Of a stretch of DNA of 64,000 nucleotides, positions 62,839-64,000 are shown piece after piece. The position numbers and the translations under genes are program-made. This DNA is from Spirochaetia bacterium (lineage in GTDB: Bacteria > Spirochaetota > Spirochaetia > SZUA-6 > Bin103), in contig CBDBOV010000006.1 in NCBI GenBank assembly GCA_965208575.1, positions 736,001 through 800,000 of the forward strand, given 5' to 3'. The notes under the pieces were generated by a model. That model had not been told where the DNA came from. It was given only the letters and a program-made list of their open reading frames with translations, and did not search any database. Numbering within the stretch: position 1 is the first letter of the stretch; each line of letters opens with the position of its first letter.

Positions 62839-63369
62839 TATAGTCCTGCCGGAGCACCTCCAGCATCATGGTGCGCGTCATCCGCATCGTGCTGGCAGCA
62901 AGGGCGGTGCCCAGAATCAGGGCCGGAATCAGAAACATCCCGAGATTCCCCAGCGGGTCTTCGGCGAACGGAATCAGCTCTATCGGCGGCGACCAGCCCC
63001 ACCAGATTGCGGGGTAGAGCATGACCATGACTCCGAGCCAGAAGTTCGGCGTTGCCAAGCCGATGATGGCGGCGGTGCGCCCTACGTAATCGGCGACGGT
63101 GTCCTGGCGGATCGCCGAGTAGACGCCGACGGGCAGGGCTATGACCAGCCCGATTACGATTGCCAGGGCACCAAGCTCGATGGTTACCGGCAATCTCCCG
63201 ATGATGATCTCCTCTATCGGAAAAGGAGCGCCAAACAGTGATTCGCCAAAGGTGCCCTGGAGGAAACCTCTGAAGTGGGACTCACCGGTAATCCAGTCAG
63301 GGGTCGGCAACACTCCTAGCCAGCGTCCATACTGCACGTAGACCGGCACGTCCAGTCCCAGCATACGCT
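62839..63369 (-). pseudogene. Internal fragment of DppB-type permease (cassette E)
   Basis: Near-identical to 53134-53664; both ends deleted (180-bp deletion removes the start). Confidence 0.9.
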
Positions 63370-63437
63370 TACCCCAAGTATGGGAGCTGGGAAGCGCGCT
63401 CGCAAGCGCCCGCCACCCAGCTCCGCAAGAGTTACTG

Positions 63438-64000
63438 CTAATTCCCCATCGTTGCTTGCTTCAGCTCACTATCAATCCAGAGGCGGGCCAGGTGGGTATT
63501 ACGTTCGCCGTTTCCCATCCCTGCTTCACCGAAATATCCCTGCACCCATGGCTGGCTCACGGAGAACCAGGGGGAGCTGGATTTAACGAGGGCCCAGTGC
63601 TCCCTTACCGTGATCTCATCGGCCTGCCTGATAAGACTCTTGAACTCCTCAAGGTCGGTGGTCTCGATGGCGGCAAGATGCAGGGCGTCGATACGCGGGT
63701 CCGTCGCCTTGTTGTGGCTTCTCCCATCAAAGCTCTGGCTTATCCATGTCAGGTTGGTTCCGCTGCTGCCAAACCAGCCATAATAACTGGCCACAAACTC
63801 ATACTCGTGCGTGTCCGCATTCAACAAAGCCCCTGACTCAGCGCTAGTCTGTATAAACAGCTCGCTGTCAACGCCAATGGCATCCAGGTACCCCATGACG
63901 AGTTCCGGATAGGTCGGCTCGTACCTGCTGAACTGGGCAATCTCGACCTTGAATCTATAGCCGTCGTCGCCGCGCGGATATCCGGCCGCATCAAGGAGTT
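63438..64000 (-). CDS. Family 5 substrate-binding protein (cassette E), C-terminal part; continues beyond the window
   Basis: AAGYPRGDDGYRF...REHW...SQPWVQGYFGE...ARLWIDSELKQATMGN*. Confidence 0.88.
   Translation of the reverse strand, partial: LLDAAGYPRGDDGYRFKVEIAQFSRYEPTYPELVMGYLDAIGVDSELFIQTSAESGALLNADTHEYEFVASYYGWFGSSGTNLTWISQSFDGRSHNKATDPRIDALHLAAIETTDLEEFKSLIRQADEITVREHWALVKSSSPWFSVSQPWVQGYFGEAGMGNGERNTHLARLWIDSELKQATMGN

Overview
High-GC bacterial chromosomal region; the spirochaete-style SBP signal peptides suggest a Spirochaetia-like organism (inference). It is dominated by an expanded family of paralogous dipeptide/oligopeptide-type (family 5) ABC transporter cassettes: 7 SBP genes or remnants, 6 B-permeases and 9 C-permeases or remnants, none with its own ATPase genes. 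One separate, complete family-5 ABC operon lies at 17035-23279. Catabolic enzymes (PhyH-type dioxygenases, amidases, MDR/SDR dehydrogenases, enolase superfamily, HAD, GDH, B12 radical SAM), an intact IS3 element, an 11-residue-repeat membrane-anchored coiled-coil gene, and many TA and defence-type genes lie between the cassettes. The most striking signals are: (i) a birth-and-death SBP array in which permease and flanking DNA are nearly identical between copies while the SBP is highly diverged; (ii) a conserved, apparently structured leader upstream of three SBP genes; (iii) a roughly 8 kb 'graveyard' (55.8-63.4 kb) of gene skeletons, several keeping only both gene ends joined at short microhomologies; (iv) in-frame palindromic insertions in both AAA/PD-(D/E)XK genes. 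All calls come from reading motifs by eye; no database searches were run.
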